Of a stretch of 64,000 nt of DNA, positions 10,791-21,196 are shown piece by piece. Location of the stretch: IMG/VR virus record IMGVR_UViG_2974791771_000001, positions 12,822 to 76,821 of that record; one strand, 5' to 3'. The position numbers and the translations under genes were made by a program. Positions within the stretch are counted from its first letter, which is position 1, and each line of letters starts with the position of its first letter. The stretch is from a virus (taxonomy: Duplodnaviria > Caudoviricetes). A model generated the notes under the pieces. It was not told the origin of the DNA, made no database searches, and was given only the letters and a program-made list of their open reading frames with translations.

Positions 10791-12532
10791 CTACGCCTCT
10801 GGTTGATCTGTTTGAGGTGCGTGACGCGTGTGACGCTACCCGGCAGGCGCACAAGGCTATGGCGAAGCGTGCACCGTGGATTCGCCTGTGGGCCAACCCG
10901 CCTTCGGGCGAAGAGGACCGTGGGCTGGTCCTGCGCGGTGTCGTACACGACTCGATCGCGGGCCAGTTTCCATTCACGATCAAGGATCCAGCGCAGGGCA
11001 CGTTGCGTCTGCGCTTGGATCACTTTCTGGCGAAGTGGTTGATCTCGATTCCGGACGATCCGGAAGCCAAGAAGAACGTGGTGATCTCGGTCGATCACAT
11101 GGGGCGCGGCAAGGACTGCAAGCTGCGTTGGTCGGGCATCCTGCATCACTGGCAGGTCACCAAGGACGGCCAGGGTGTCTACTACCTGGAAGCTGTGTTT
11201 GTTGATGACCGGCAGATGATTTCGTTCCTGCTCGGTCCCCCGAACCCGGCGTTGCCGATCCCGATCTTCCAATTCCCGCGTGTGCTACCACTTTTCGGAC
11301 CTGCGCGCTGGATCGTGAGCTTTCTCATCCTCATAAACATCATGCGAGTAGAGGCTTCGTGGTGGACGCTCCCGGATGACCCGTTCACGTCGAATGGCTG
11401 GATGTCGAAGATCGATTCGTCTAGGTGGCAGGCGCACATCAAGTGCGGAAGCCTGCTGAATGATGATTCGTTGTGGGCGTTGCTCGCCACCCGTATGCAG
11501 GCCATCGATACGGTCATTAGTGATGTGCTGGATGACGCGAAACTCGTTCTCACCTATCGGCGTTACTTCACGGTTGATGGCGAGACGGTCGAGGACACTG
11601 GCCTTGATCTGCCGAGCATCCGTAACGGCGCTGTGGTTTTCGAGGTTGTTGACAAGTCGGGTTACCACAATCCTGAGGGTACGTGGTTCAACGGCGGCGG
11701 CATCGTGGGCGGCTTGGGCCGGTCGGCGGTCGAGTTCCTGGATGGCTTCATTGAGTCGATCCTGACCCCGATCACTGACGATCAGACGATTTGGCCGGAC
11801 GCCTACTACGAAGAGGGCTTCTTTCAGCAGCTACCGAACCATCCGTGGATAGTGTTGCGGGATTCGAAGTGGTCTCAGATAGAGACCTCAAACTTGGCTT
11901 GGAATCCCGCTGGCCCTGTCTCGGTCGTGGTTGGTGGTGCGAACCCGTACGCGGACCAGTTGGCAGAGTTGACCATTCAGATGGTCGGCAACATCCTGGG
12001 TTATTTCGCTTTGGCGGGGTTCTCGTCTGCGGGTGATATTGCGGCGTCGGTGATTATGCCGTTCTTGCAGGGCACGATCCTTGCGTGGCAGCGGTTCACG
12101 AACCATTCGCGTGCACACAATCTCGGTTGGGTTCACCTGTGGGAGATTTACCAGCAGGGCGGCGACTCGAATGCGTGGTCGCTTGCCGCGTTGGGTGCTC
12201 TGCGTGAGGGTTTCGAGGCTACAGAGTCTCAGACTACGCATGAGTTCACGATGGGCATTGGCCCAATCTATCCGGGCATTCACTTCATGCCTGGTGATCG
12301 TTTGGGTTCGACTGCGGAGAAGATCATCCCGAACAAGGTGTTTGTGGATGCGGTGCAGGAGATCACGCTTACGTGGGACTTCTCGTCGGGTGGTTCTGAT
12401 GGGCCGATGTATCAATACACGGTTCGGGTTGGCACGAATACGGCTGCCATGTCTATTGCTGAGCGTCAGGCTCGGTTGATTTCGAAGGCTTTGGAGACGC
12501 TTCAGGAGTTGGGCGTCCGAATGATTAGTTGA
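10787..12532 (+). CDS. Minor tail protein (baseplate hub/Tal-like)
   Basis: Synteny, ATGA overlap, FP..LPLFGPARW motif seen in actinophage hub proteins. Confidence 0.8.
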   Translation: MTTPLVDLFEVRDACDATRQAHKAMAKRAPWIRLWANPPSGEEDRGLVLRGVVHDSIAGQFPFTIKDPAQGTLRLRLDHFLAKWLISIPDDPEAKKNVVISVDHMGRGKDCKLRWSGILHHWQVTKDGQGVYYLEAVFVDDRQMISFLLGPPNPALPIPIFQFPRVLPLFGPARWIVSFLILINIMRVEASWWTLPDDPFTSNGWMSKIDSSRWQAHIKCGSLLNDDSLWALLATRMQAIDTVISDVLDDAKLVLTYRRYFTVDGETVEDTGLDLPSIRNGAVVFEVVDKSGYHNPEGTWFNGGGIVGGLGRSAVEFLDGFIESILTPITDDQTIWPDAYYEEGFFQQLPNHPWIVLRDSKWSQIETSNLAWNPAGPVSVVVGGANPYADQLAELTIQMVGNILGYFALAGFSSAGDIAASVIMPFLQGTILAWQRFTNHSRAHNLGWVHLWEIYQQGGDSNAWSLAALGALREGFEATESQTTHEFTMGIGPIYPGIHFMPGDRLGSTAEKIIPNKVFVDAVQEITLTWDFSSGGSDGPMYQYTVRVGTNTAAMSIAERQARLISKALETLQELGVRMIS

Positions 12533-13011
12533 TTGAGGGTATTTCAGTGGATGACCAGGCTCGCCAGTTCGTTGAGGACGTTACCGATTGGGACGATCCT
12601 CGCCAGCATTTGGCTCCGTTCCTGTCGGCTTGGCCGGCGTTCGGGAAGATGCAGGCGATGCCAACTCCGTTGGCGTTGGTGCCTTTCCAGTCGGATTTGC
12701 TGTATCGCATGGGTGTCCGGTTTCATCCGGAACTTGCTGAGGTGGTGAAGGTTCAGGATTCGGAGGGTGTCACCCAGTGGGTGTCGCCGGAAGAGGCCGA
12801 GCAGATGCGTGAGGCTGGCAAGTTGTCGTCAGACGAGGCGCTGGACTTGCTGGCGAAAATCAGCCCTGAGCGTGCTGAGGCGATCAAGCAAATGTCGGAT
12901 GAAGAACGGGCTGCCCAGTTTGAAGAGTCGGCACCTGATCTCGCGGAGGCTTTGAAGGAATTGACGAAGCTCCGTCAGGCGTTGGAGGTGGCTAATGCCG
13001 GTAGTGCCTAA
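12529..13011 (+). CDS. Minor tail-region protein (mycobacteriophage gp29/DUF2744-like)
   Basis: DWDDPRQH..PFL and G.RFHPELA motifs; synteny. Confidence 0.65.
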   Translation: MIEGISVDDQARQFVEDVTDWDDPRQHLAPFLSAWPAFGKMQAMPTPLALVPFQSDLLYRMGVRFHPELAEVVKVQDSEGVTQWVSPEEAEQMREAGKLSSDEALDLLAKISPERAEAIKQMSDEERAAQFEESAPDLAEALKELTKLRQALEVANAGSA

Positions 13012-14581
13012 TGGTTATAGCGGTTTGACGCTGAACAACAAGTCGTTTGCGGTGGGCGCTGGTGGCGCTCAGCGGGTCTCGTTTGAGGGTCGTACGCAGG
13101 GCGCTGTTGAGACCCTTCTGAAGGCTGACAACAAGACGGTTGTTGATGAGAACTTCGAGGATTTCAATTCGGGGTTTGCGAGCACGCTTCTCCGGATGTT
13201 GACGGGATCCGGTTCGGGGCCTTTGTCTTCGGGCCTGGCGTTCATCCGCGATCTGTTCAAGATTCGTTGGGATCAGGCTGATGAGACTGCGGAGTCTGTG
13301 GTGTCGGTTGGCACGCAGGTTCACTATGTGCAGGAGATCATCTCGCTTCAGTCGGGCATGGGTGTGTGGGAGACGGGGCCGGATCGTACTGGCACTGTGT
13401 CGTTCCCGTTCGGCTTGCTGAACCTTCATGCGCACACGCAAGACTTGTATTTCGACAGCGACCCGAGCCAGTTTGGTGTCCAGCGCCAGGATGTGTTGGG
13501 CACTATCGGCATGACTGTGCCGACGGTCAATGCAACTTCTACGTATGCGCCGTGGGCGAACGTGATCTTCAAGTCCGCTGCGGAGCGGAAGGTTGTGACG
13601 TTCCTGGCGAACAGGACTGGCACGGTTTCGACGTTCCATATCGACATCTACAAGTTGGAGGCCGACGGCTCGTCCACGCTGGTGCACTCGTCTGCGAATC
13701 TGGCGGGCAACCTGACGACCACCCTTTCGTGGCAGCAGTATTTGATGCCGACAGGGATTCAGGCCGACCTTGGCGATTCCTACGATGTGCAGTTCCGAAT
13801 GACTGGTTCGGGCACGGTCGTGATGGCGGGTGTGAATTTCCCGAATCCGATTCCGTTGCCGGGGTTCCGTCCGTATGCGTCGGGTTCTGGGCGTAATCCG
13901 TCTACGACTCCTGCGCCGGCCACGATCCCGACATCGACTCGCGACACCATGTATGTGGGTCCGACTCCGTTCGTCTCGTTGGGTATTGATGTGGGGCAGA
14001 CGGTGATTCCGCGCTTCACGTTCGATGACTTCAACCGCACTTCGCTTGGCTCGCGCTGGACAACGTATGGGTCGATTGGCATTTCGAGCAACCGGGTGCA
14101 GCACACGGGTGGCGCGTTGGCGAACAACTCTGCTGCCGCAATGTCTGCTACCCCAATGTCTTCGGATGCGATTGAGGTGGCCGCTGACCTGTTTGTGGAT
14201 ACTCACGCGGTTGGTGTCGGCTTGTGCATGGCTCAGGGCATGACTGGCGGTGCCTGGTTGACGATCGAGAACAATGACAGCGAGTTCAGTGGCCTGCGAA
14301 TCATGACGGGCCACTACGACTCCCGGACTGCCCGCGCAACCTTGCCGGGTCAGATCGAGTCGGGCCGGTACACGTTGCGGTACACGCCTTCAGACAACAC
14401 CTATCGGGCGTACTTCGGAAGCATGGACGACAATCCGACGCCGATCCTTCAGTGGGTGGATTCCGGAAACGTTGTGCAGCACGGCATTGGCCGTCGCTGG
14501 GTTGGTGTTGTGGCGCGTCGTGCGTTCACGTTCGCCTCTGGCCGTTTGGACAACTTCACCGCTGCTGACGTGGCGGCTTAA
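12995..14581 (+). CDS. Minor tail protein
   Basis: Beta-rich; C-terminal DDFNRTSLG..W lectin-like domain; synteny. Confidence 0.75.
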   Translation: MPVVPNGYSGLTLNNKSFAVGAGGAQRVSFEGRTQGAVETLLKADNKTVVDENFEDFNSGFASTLLRMLTGSGSGPLSSGLAFIRDLFKIRWDQADETAESVVSVGTQVHYVQEIISLQSGMGVWETGPDRTGTVSFPFGLLNLHAHTQDLYFDSDPSQFGVQRQDVLGTIGMTVPTVNATSTYAPWANVIFKSAAERKVVTFLANRTGTVSTFHIDIYKLEADGSSTLVHSSANLAGNLTTTLSWQQYLMPTGIQADLGDSYDVQFRMTGSGTVVMAGVNFPNPIPLPGFRPYASGSGRNPSTTPAPATIPTSTRDTMYVGPTPFVSLGIDVGQTVIPRFTFDDFNRTSLGSRWTTYGSIGISSNRVQHTGGALANNSAAAMSATPMSSDAIEVAADLFVDTHAVGVGLCMAQGMTGGAWLTIENNDSEFSGLRIMTGHYDSRTARATLPGQIESGRYTLRYTPSDNTYRAYFGSMDDNPTPILQWVDSGNVVQHGIGRRWVGVVARRAFTFASGRLDNFTAADVAA

Positions 14582-14600
14582 CACGTTTGGAGGTGCTGCG

Positions 14601-14906
14601 ATGGCAGACCTTGGTTACCGGCCCTTGAAGGGTCGTTTGATTTTGACTGATGGTGCCGACTGGGTGTGCACGCTCTCTACGGGGGATGTGTGGCCTGAGG
14701 GCACTACGGTTTGGGCGAAGGTCGGCAATCTGCCGCAGTGGGATGCGCAGGTGGTTGAGGAGACCGGGACGGCGACTTTTGTTGTGCAGGCTGCGACCAC
14801 GGACACTGTTGCGGACAACACTCCGTACATCATCTATCTGCGGCACCCTGGCAGTCCGACTACCGAGTTTGCCTGGTTCCAGGACAAGGTTTCGAGGACG
14901 AAATGA
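14601..14906 (+). CDS. Small minor tail protein
   Basis: GGAGG RBS; LGYRP...L.L..GADW motif found before actinophage tail fibre genes. Confidence 0.65.
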   Translation: MADLGYRPLKGRLILTDGADWVCTLSTGDVWPEGTTVWAKVGNLPQWDAQVVEETGTATFVVQAATTDTVADNTPYIIYLRHPGSPTTEFAWFQDKVSRTK

Positions 14907-16408
14907 GTGGGCTGAAGGGTGTTGTGTATGTGACTTCACCTGGTGCGCCTGCAACTAAGGCTCAGTCTCCTGCTGGCGCTTCGGTTGATGTTGCTCCGGG
15001 TGTTCCTGGGCCTGCTGGCCCTCCGGGTCCTGCGGGTCCGACTGGGCCTCCGGGGCCTGAGGGTGATCCGGGGCCGCAGGGTGATCCTGGCCCTCAGGGG
15101 CCTCCGGGTCCGGCTGGCGGGGTTCCGTTGGTGTCGGGCAATAACCGCGTTTACACGAACGATGGCAACGGTGCTACGTCCCATCTGCCGTACACTTCTG
15201 CCGCTACCGCTTCATCGATTGCGTTCCGGACTGCGGGTGGCGTGAGTAGCTTTGGCGAGCCCACGGCTGCATCGCACGCGGCAACAAAGAACTATGTGGA
15301 CACGGGCCTTGCGGGCAAGGTGGATTCGTCTGACGCTCGCCTAACTGATGCCCGACCGTTGAAGATGATCGACGTTACGACCGCGACGGCTACGGGCACC
15401 GCTGCGAAGGCGGTGACTGGAACTACTCCTGTTTCTGGCGATTTCGTTCTCCTGAGGGTTACCAATGGAAGTACGGTTGCCTCCCCCACGTTGGCGTTCA
15501 ATGGTGGTACGCCGTATCCGATTCGGCCTGGCAACCAGGCGAGCCCGGTGTCTACGTCGATGGCGATCACCGCTGGCGGTTTGATGCTGTTGTACTTCGA
15601 TGGTGCCGCGTACCAGTTGGTGAGCGAGACTACACCTCCGACTGAGATTCCGGATGCGGAGATCACGGCGGGCACCGCTACGGCGAACCGATTCATCACT
15701 GGCCGGCGGGTGACCACGATCGTGAACAAGGCTCGCGAGACGATGGAAGCGACCGCGAACAAGGGTGTGGCGAATGGCTACGCCTCGCTGGATTCTGGTG
15801 GCAAGGTTCCGGTTTCGCAGCTTCCGTCTTCGATCATGGAGTATCTGGGCGTTTGGAACGCGAGCACGAACAGCCCCGCCCTGGCTGATGGCACGGGCAA
15901 TGTGGGCGACGTGTGGCGCGTGAGTGTTGCTGGTACAAGGAATCTGGGTTCCGGGAACATCGAGTTCGCGGTTGGTGATTACTGCATCTACAACGGCTCG
16001 ACGTGGGAGAAGTCTGACACCACGGATGCTGTTGCGAGCGTGGCGGGCAAGACTGGTGTGGTCACTTTGGTGAAGGGTGATGTCGGCTTGGGGAACGTGG
16101 ACAACACGTCTGACGCGAACAAGCCGGTGAGTACTGCGACTCAGACTGCGTTGAACGGCAAGGTCGATACGATCCCTGCGCCGTGGAAGATTTACTCCAC
16201 GAGCGACACTGGCCTGCACGGTTTGGACTTCTCTGGCAATGACGCTACGGCGTGGACGATTGTTCAGCGCGGTGATGGCGGTGTGGTGAAGGTTGGCACA
16301 CCCCTCGTGGCAAACGATGCTGCGCCGAAGTCGTATGTGGATGGGAAGATTGTGTTTGGCGCTCTGCCTGCTACGGGCCAGACTGGCGTGTTGTATGTGG
16401 TGCCCTGA
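14903..16408 (+). CDS. Collagen-repeat tail fibre / minor tail protein
   Basis: G-X-Y repeats at about 14995-15120; [13 protein letters not shown] and [18 protein letters not shown] fibre motifs. Confidence 0.85.
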   Translation: MSGLKGVVYVTSPGAPATKAQSPAGASVDVAPGVPGPAGPPGPAGPTGPPGPEGDPGPQGDPGPQGPPGPAGGVPLVSGNNRVYTNDGNGATSHLPYTSAATASSIAFRTAGGVSSFGEPTAASHAATKNYVDTGLAGKVDSSDARLTDARPLKMIDVTTATATGTAAKAVTGTTPVSGDFVLLRVTNGSTVASPTLAFNGGTPYPIRPGNQASPVSTSMAITAGGLMLLYFDGAAYQLVSETTPPTEIPDAEITAGTATANRFITGRRVTTIVNKARETMEATANKGVANGYASLDSGGKVPVSQLPSSIMEYLGVWNASTNSPALADGTGNVGDVWRVSVAGTRNLGSGNIEFAVGDYCIYNGSTWEKSDTTDAVASVAGKTGVVTLVKGDVGLGNVDNTSDANKPVSTATQTALNGKVDTIPAPWKIYSTSDTGLHGLDFSGNDATAWTIVQRGDGGVVKVGTPLVANDAAPKSYVDGKIVFGALPATGQTGVLYVVP

Positions 16409-17097
16409 TGGCTTTGAAGCACTGGAACGGTACGGCTTTCGCTGATCCGTCCCAGGTTCGGGTGTGGAATGGTTCGGCTTTTGTTGCACCTCAGGGTGTC
16501 TACGAGTGGGACGGCACGCAGTTTGTGAAGCGTTGGCCGGTCGTGTCTGGTCCTGCTTTCGTGCAGGCCGTGGGCGTGGCGGGCTCGAATCAGGCTCCGT
16601 CGGTGAACATGACCACGAGTTCGGGAACGAAGCTCATCATTGGCACGACATCGAACTCGACTGGGCTTGGTGTCACGATGGACGGGGTTGCCCTGACGCC
16701 TTACGGGCAGGTGACCAGCACTCGTATCCATCAGCTCTATGTGGTGAATGCGACTGCCGGGGCGCACACTTTCGTCTGCGATGGTGGCGGTTCGTGGGAG
16801 ACCATGATTGTCGCTGAGTACCAGGGTGTTACGACGGTCGGCTCGTATACGTCGAAGGTTTCTAGCTCTGCGGTGGCGACTCACACGCCTGATGGTTCGG
16901 GCGCGTTGGCTGTTGCGGTGGTCGCGGGCACTGTGGCATCGACCGCATCGCCCAGCTATGTGGGAACCCCAAGGTTCCGGCAGATCGGCAATGGAAGTAA
17001 CAACCAGTCCATCGCACTCATTGACTCCCCAACCGCGCCTCTCGGCATCAATGCCAGCGGTTCTGCCATGTCTGTGGGCTGTGTCTGGCTGAGCTAA
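16408..17097 (+). CDS. Minor tail protein / fibre-associated protein
   Basis: Repeated WNG.AF motifs; position at the end of the tail module. Confidence 0.65.
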   Translation: MALKHWNGTAFADPSQVRVWNGSAFVAPQGVYEWDGTQFVKRWPVVSGPAFVQAVGVAGSNQAPSVNMTTSSGTKLIIGTTSNSTGLGVTMDGVALTPYGQVTSTRIHQLYVVNATAGAHTFVCDGGGSWETMIVAEYQGVTTVGSYTSKVSSSAVATHTPDGSGALAVAVVAGTVASTASPSYVGTPRFRQIGNGSNNQSIALIDSPTAPLGINASGSAMSVGCVWLS

Positions 17098-17110
17098 TTT
17101 GGAGGTAAAG

Positions 17111-17848
17111 ATGCGGAAGACTTTGAAGTTTGTTCCGTCGATCATCACGCAGGACACCTATTACTGGTGTGGTCCTGCAACGGTGCAGAACATCTGCTCG
17201 TCTCGCAAGTTCATTGGTGAGCGCGAGCTGGCGAAAGAAATGGGCACAACTGTCAACGGCACCAACCACATTGGGTTGTTGGCGAAGGCCCTGCACAAGC
17301 ATCTCGGGGTGCTGTATGCCACGGTTCTGATCGGTGGCGCTGATGCCACGAAGAAGCAACAGGACAAGCTTTGGGCCGACCTTCAGGCATCGGTGGATGC
17401 CGGGTATGGCGTTGCAGCGAACTGGATTGCGCCCGTGGGTGGCTACCCGAAGGGTCAGCTTGGTTCCAAGTCTCCATCGTATGGCGGCGGGGATGTCTAT
17501 CACTATGTGGCACTGATGGGTTACGCGGTCGTGGACGGCAAGCGGTATGTGCTCGTCGCTGATTCTGGGTTCTCCCCGTACCAGTACTGGGTGACGTTGG
17601 AGCAGTGTGCGACGTTGATTGCTGGCAAGGGTTACGCGTATGCGGTTGTGCCGGTTGAGGTTGAGGCTGATCCGGTGATTGCTGCTGTGCGTGAGGTGTT
17701 CGCACCGTTGGGCTTGTTGGTGAAGGATGTTCGGGCGCAGTTGACTGGCAGTCGCACCGCCGGCCAATTTGCTGGCTGGCCCCAGTTGGGTAAGAAGACT
17801 GTGGTTGATGCGTTGGCTGAGGTTCGTCGGGCGGTGTCTCGTGGTTGA
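17111..17848 (+). CDS. Lysin A, peptidase C39-like subunit
   Basis: QDTYYWCGPAT catalytic Cys motif, HYV His, ADSG Asp; GGAGG RBS. Confidence 0.85.
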   Translation: MRKTLKFVPSIITQDTYYWCGPATVQNICSSRKFIGERELAKEMGTTVNGTNHIGLLAKALHKHLGVLYATVLIGGADATKKQQDKLWADLQASVDAGYGVAANWIAPVGGYPKGQLGSKSPSYGGGDVYHYVALMGYAVVDGKRYVLVADSGFSPYQYWVTLEQCATLIAGKGYAYAVVPVEVEADPVIAAVREVFAPLGLLVKDVRAQLTGSRTAGQFAGWPQLGKKTVVDALAEVRRAVSRG

Positions 17849-18653
17849 GAATCCGATTACGCGGCATCAGATTTCGCCGAACAAGCATTCTGGTGGCCGT
17901 GATGTTGACTGGGTTGTGATCCACACTCAGGAGGGCAATGGGCGGGCGAAGGACATCATCCCGTTCCTGTGCAATCCGGCGTCTCAGGTGTCGTACAACG
18001 CGGTGGTGGATGACGTGGAGTCGGTGTTGGTGGTCCCGTGGGATCAGAACCCGTGGTCTGCGTCGAACGCGAACACTCGGGGCGATCACCTGCTGTCGGC
18101 TGGATCGTTCGCACGCTGGACGACTGCGAAGTGGGTTGAGACTGATGCCCGCGACGGCAAGAACGAGAACGCGCAGATGGATCGACTGGCGAAGCTGACG
18201 GCCTGGCGTTGCAAGGTGCGTGGCATCCCCCCGATCTATGTGGGCGGCAAGGGTATGCCGAAGACGCCCGGTATCTGCGGGCATGTCGATTTCGGGGCGT
18301 GGGGCGGCGGTCACACGGATCCCGGCAAGCACTTTCCCTGGGCCGAGTTCATTCGGCGGGTCCAGGAGCACTACTACGGAGAGGAACTGAACGTGGCCGC
18401 TAAGGACGAGATTATCGCCTTCATCAAGGCGTACGTGGGTCCGATTGTTTCGGACGTTAAGGACATCCGCCAGCAGTTGACTGGTGGACGAGATGCGGGC
18501 GAGTACCCCGGCTGGGCTCAGTTGGGCCAGGACGAGAAGGGGAAGAACCTCACGGTTGTGGATTCCCTGGGTGACGTGCGCAAAAAGGTGGTCGGGCTGG
18601 TTGATGCCATCAAGAGCTTGGATGCTCGGGTGGCTCGTTTGGAGGCAAAGTGA
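17841..18653 (+). CDS. Lysin A, N-acetylmuramoyl-L-alanine amidase subunit
   Basis: VIHTQEG, SYN, GH.DF, HTDPG..FPW Amidase_2 motifs. Confidence 0.9.
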   Translation: MVENPITRHQISPNKHSGGRDVDWVVIHTQEGNGRAKDIIPFLCNPASQVSYNAVVDDVESVLVVPWDQNPWSASNANTRGDHLLSAGSFARWTTAKWVETDARDGKNENAQMDRLAKLTAWRCKVRGIPPIYVGGKGMPKTPGICGHVDFGAWGGGHTDPGKHFPWAEFIRRVQEHYYGEELNVAAKDEIIAFIKAYVGPIVSDVKDIRQQLTGGRDAGEYPGWAQLGQDEKGKNLTVVDSLGDVRKKVVGLVDAIKSLDARVARLEAK

Positions 18654-18868
18654 GCGATGAGACGCGGCGAACTGTCCGCACGGTTTTTCAGGCTGCTGTG
18701 GCTGTTGCTGCGGCACTCCCGCTGATTGTTGTGGCGTCGGGTATCCCGGCGACTGCGGCTGGTGTGGGCGTGGCGTTGGCGGTGGCTGGCGGTGTGACTC
18801 GGGTGATGGCGCTCCCCGTTGTGGACGAGCTGTTGCACACCTATGTGCCGTGGCTGGCTAAGGACTGA
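18650..18868 (+). CDS. Holin
   Basis: Small two-TM protein after the lysins; RRTVRTVFQAAV motif. Confidence 0.8.
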   Translation: MSDETRRTVRTVFQAAVAVAAALPLIVVASGIPATAAGVGVALAVAGGVTRVMALPVVDELLHTYVPWLAKD

Positions 18869-18873
18869 CTTTC

Positions 18874-19257
18874 GTGACAACCGTGCCTCCGGATGCGGTT
18901 GACCTTGTTGGTGGCGGCTGGCCTGCGATCATCCTTGGATTGGGATTGTTCGCGGCTGCCGCTGCTACAGGGTTTATCCGGTATTTGATGAAGAAGACGA
19001 ACCAGCTTCAGGCTGACTATGTGACTCTGCGCCAAGAGTTCGAAGCCCTGAAAGAGGAGTCGCGCAAGCAGGAGGAACGTCACCGGCAGGACCGGGAGCG
19101 TGACTACCTGTTGATTACTGCTTTGCAGAATAAGTTGGTGGCGTTGCAGGTGTACATCGCAACGCTGCGTGGGATGCTCGCTGAGCGTGGCATTGTGTCT
19201 CCGGACCCGCCCACGTTCCGGGATGACGATCCAGACATCACTAAGATTTCGACCTGA
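18874..19257 (+). CDS. Membrane-anchored coiled-coil lysis-cassette protein
   Basis: One N-terminal TM segment followed by a coiled coil. Confidence 0.6.
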   Translation: MTTVPPDAVDLVGGGWPAIILGLGLFAAAAATGFIRYLMKKTNQLQADYVTLRQEFEALKEESRKQEERHRQDRERDYLLITALQNKLVALQVYIATLRGMLAERGIVSPDPPTFRDDDPDITKIST

Positions 19258-19262
19258 TACAA

Positions 19263-19307
19263 GACACCCCCTAGGTGGCCCTGAGTGGCTGCCTAGGGGG
19301 TGTTTTT
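19263..19307 (+). terminator. Intrinsic terminator ending the late operon
   Basis: ACACCCCCTAGG...CCTAGGGGGTGT stem followed by a T-run. Confidence 0.9.
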
Positions 19308-19405
19308 GTCGTTTCTGGGTATAGATATGGGTAGGCCCCCAACCCTGGGTGGAACGGAGAGTAACGCCCCAAGGTTGAGGGCCTGGCTAGTGTAGCAGAA
19401 GTGGG

Positions 19406-19756
19406 CTACCCGACTGCCGCCTCGAAGGCTTCACGGATCTCAGCAGGGACGCGACCCTTATCGGACACTTCGTACCCGTTGTCTCGTGCCCAGTTGCGGA
19501 TCTCGGCCAGCTCGGCAGACTTGGCGGCTTTCGTGGGGGCGACGGCCTTTGCGCGGCGCTTGCGTCGACCGCCGACCTTCTGGGCCTTGTCGGTCCACTT
19601 GGTCATGTCCTTCTGGAACTTGGTGACGTTGCTGGGACGCAAGTCGAGCTGGTATTGCTCGCCCTCGACGGAGAACTCCATGACGATGGGCTCTTCGTTC
19701 TCGATGGGCTGACCGTCGTAGTCGTCGATGACTCGGATGACTTCTTGGCGTGACAT
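19406..19756 (-). CDS. lsr2: Lsr2-like nucleoid-associated protein
   Basis: DDYDG, F.VEG..YQLDL, IRNWARDNGYEVSDKGRVP motifs. Confidence 0.93.
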   Translation of the reverse strand: MSRQEVIRVIDDYDGQPIENEEPIVMEFSVEGEQYQLDLRPSNVTKFQKDMTKWTDKAQKVGGRRKRRAKAVAPTKAAKSAELAEIRNWARDNGYEVSDKGRVPAEIREAFEAAVG

Positions 19757-19840
19757 GTGCGTCCCTCTCTTGGTGCTTATCGGATAAGGCCGTTGGCTTG
19801 ACGATTTGGATCGTAACAGCCTTATCGATAAGTCCGCTAC

Positions 19841-20629
19841 CTATTCGGCTAGCGCGTCGTCTGATCCTGTCGAGTTTGTGTCTCTTGGGGGCCAGCAGTC
19901 GGGGATTACTAGCGGCTTTGTCACTTGACGAAAGGACACGGTTGCGGCGATCCCTAAGGCGGCAATTGCGGCGGCTCTTACCGTGTAGTCGATGGCTAGG
20001 CTCGCTTCGGGGAGGCGATGATCCGTGTTGATCAGCAGGTTGATGATGCGGGAGCTTCCAACGAGGACGCCTCCGTACGCGGCTATGCGGTACCAGCACG
20101 CTATGCGTCGCAGGCTGCTCCCCTCTTCGGCGAGTCTGATGATGGTGTTGGCGTAGCCAATGCACAGGGTGCATACGAAGATGAGCCAGATGCAGAAGAT
20201 TCCCCAGAAGAAGTTTCTGCCGAGTGCGGGGAATTCACCCGTGTAGGGGTTGTCGTCCAAGCCGCCGATGAAGAACCCGATCCAGAGCGCCACGATGAAG
20301 CCGGTCAGGACGGTGCTCGCGGTTTGGGCCATCTGTTCGTCAAGAAGGGAAAGAGTGTCGGCTAGGTGCAGGATCAGCATGTGCACGCCGAGCATGATGA
20401 GGCTGAGGCCGAGTAGGAGGTCTGCTCGCCAGATGTCCGTGAGGTGCCCGGACAGGTCGCCTATGAAGTTGTGGGTGGGTGAGATGAGTAGGCATCCGAG
20501 GGCTATGGATGCGAGTCCGTAGTTTGCTGCCGCGAATCCGCGATGCCGCCAGAATCGGCGGCGTTGGTAGCAGGCGAGTCCGAGGAACGCGGTCGGGAGC
20601 AAGGTCACCAGGTTTAGGGGGGTAGACAT
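19841..20629 (-). CDS. Multi-pass membrane protein of unknown function
   Basis: About 6-7 hydrophobic segments; downstream of the repressor-like gene. Confidence 0.75.
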   Translation of the reverse strand: MSTPLNLVTLLPTAFLGLACYQRRRFWRHRGFAAANYGLASIALGCLLISPTHNFIGDLSGHLTDIWRADLLLGLSLIMLGVHMLILHLADTLSLLDEQMAQTASTVLTGFIVALWIGFFIGGLDDNPYTGEFPALGRNFFWGIFCIWLIFVCTLCIGYANTIIRLAEEGSSLRRIACWYRIAAYGGVLVGSSRIINLLINTDHRLPEASLAIDYTVRAAAIAALGIAATVSFRQVTKPLVIPDCWPPRDTNSTGSDDALAE

Positions 20630-20654
20630 GGTGTCGGTGAAGCTTTCTGCGCAT

Positions 20655-20692
20655 GAAAAAGGGACGCGGGATCTATCGCTCCGCGCCCCTTC
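20655..20692 (-). terminator. Intrinsic terminator after the repressor-like gene
   Basis: GC stem (GGGACGCGG/CCGCGCCCC) with AAAAA on the + strand, i.e. a U-tract on the - strand. Confidence 0.7.
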
Positions 20693-20712
20693 TACTTGGG
20701 GGATGTCAAGTT

Positions 20713-21057
20713 TTACAGCTGTACTGCGGGGTTGAGCTTGGGTTGTCCTCTCGTTCGTGCACGGGTGATGCGGCTAGCCTTCCGGGTCGCCACCAATGTA
20801 AAACCCGGCATCTGCTCGATGTACTCGTTGGTGGCGTCGGTATCGATGAAACCGAGGTCAAGTAGTGCCTGGACTTCGTTGAAACCGTAGTGGCGGGCCA
20901 CGGCGATTACGTCATCAGCCCCGACCTTGTTGGCCTTGCGTCGGTTGACGTAGGTGCCGCGCGATACGCCGAGGACTCCTGCGATGTCCTCGTGCAAGAC
21001 CTGCGCCCCTGTCTGGACTGTCGCATACGCGGCTAGGTCGATCCTGCGGTTTGTCAT
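20713..21057 (-). CDS. Immunity-repressor-like HTH protein (start could be 21078)
   Basis: EDIAGVLGVSRGTYVNR HTH and ADDVIAVARHYGFNEVQALLDLGFI resemble mycobacteriophage repressors; divergent from a Cro-like gene. Confidence 0.75.
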   Translation of the reverse strand: MTNRRIDLAAYATVQTGAQVLHEDIAGVLGVSRGTYVNRRKANKVGADDVIAVARHYGFNEVQALLDLGFIDTDATNEYIEQMPGFTLVATRKASRITRARTRGQPKLNPAVQL

Positions 21058-21094
21058 GTTTCTCAGTCTACGTGTCACGTACGACAGCCGTCCA

Positions 21095-21110
21095 GTCCAA
21101 CTTTTTGGAC
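21095..21110. promoter_or_regulatory. Palindromic operator O1, GTCCAA-CTTT-TTGGAC
   Basis: Perfect 6-4-6 inverted repeat in the divergent intergenic region. Confidence 0.75.
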
Positions 21111-21173
21111 AAGCTGTGATCTCGGTTACCGCTGGTCAGGGGCATCGCGTGGGACCAAAGACCCTAACGTCGT

Positions 21174-21189
21174 GTCCAAGTTCTTGGAC
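21174..21189. promoter_or_regulatory. Palindromic operator O2, GTCCAA-GTTC-TTGGAC
   Basis: Second copy of the same 6-4-6 palindrome, just upstream of the rightward promoter. Confidence 0.75.
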
Positions 21190-21196
21190 GTCACGC

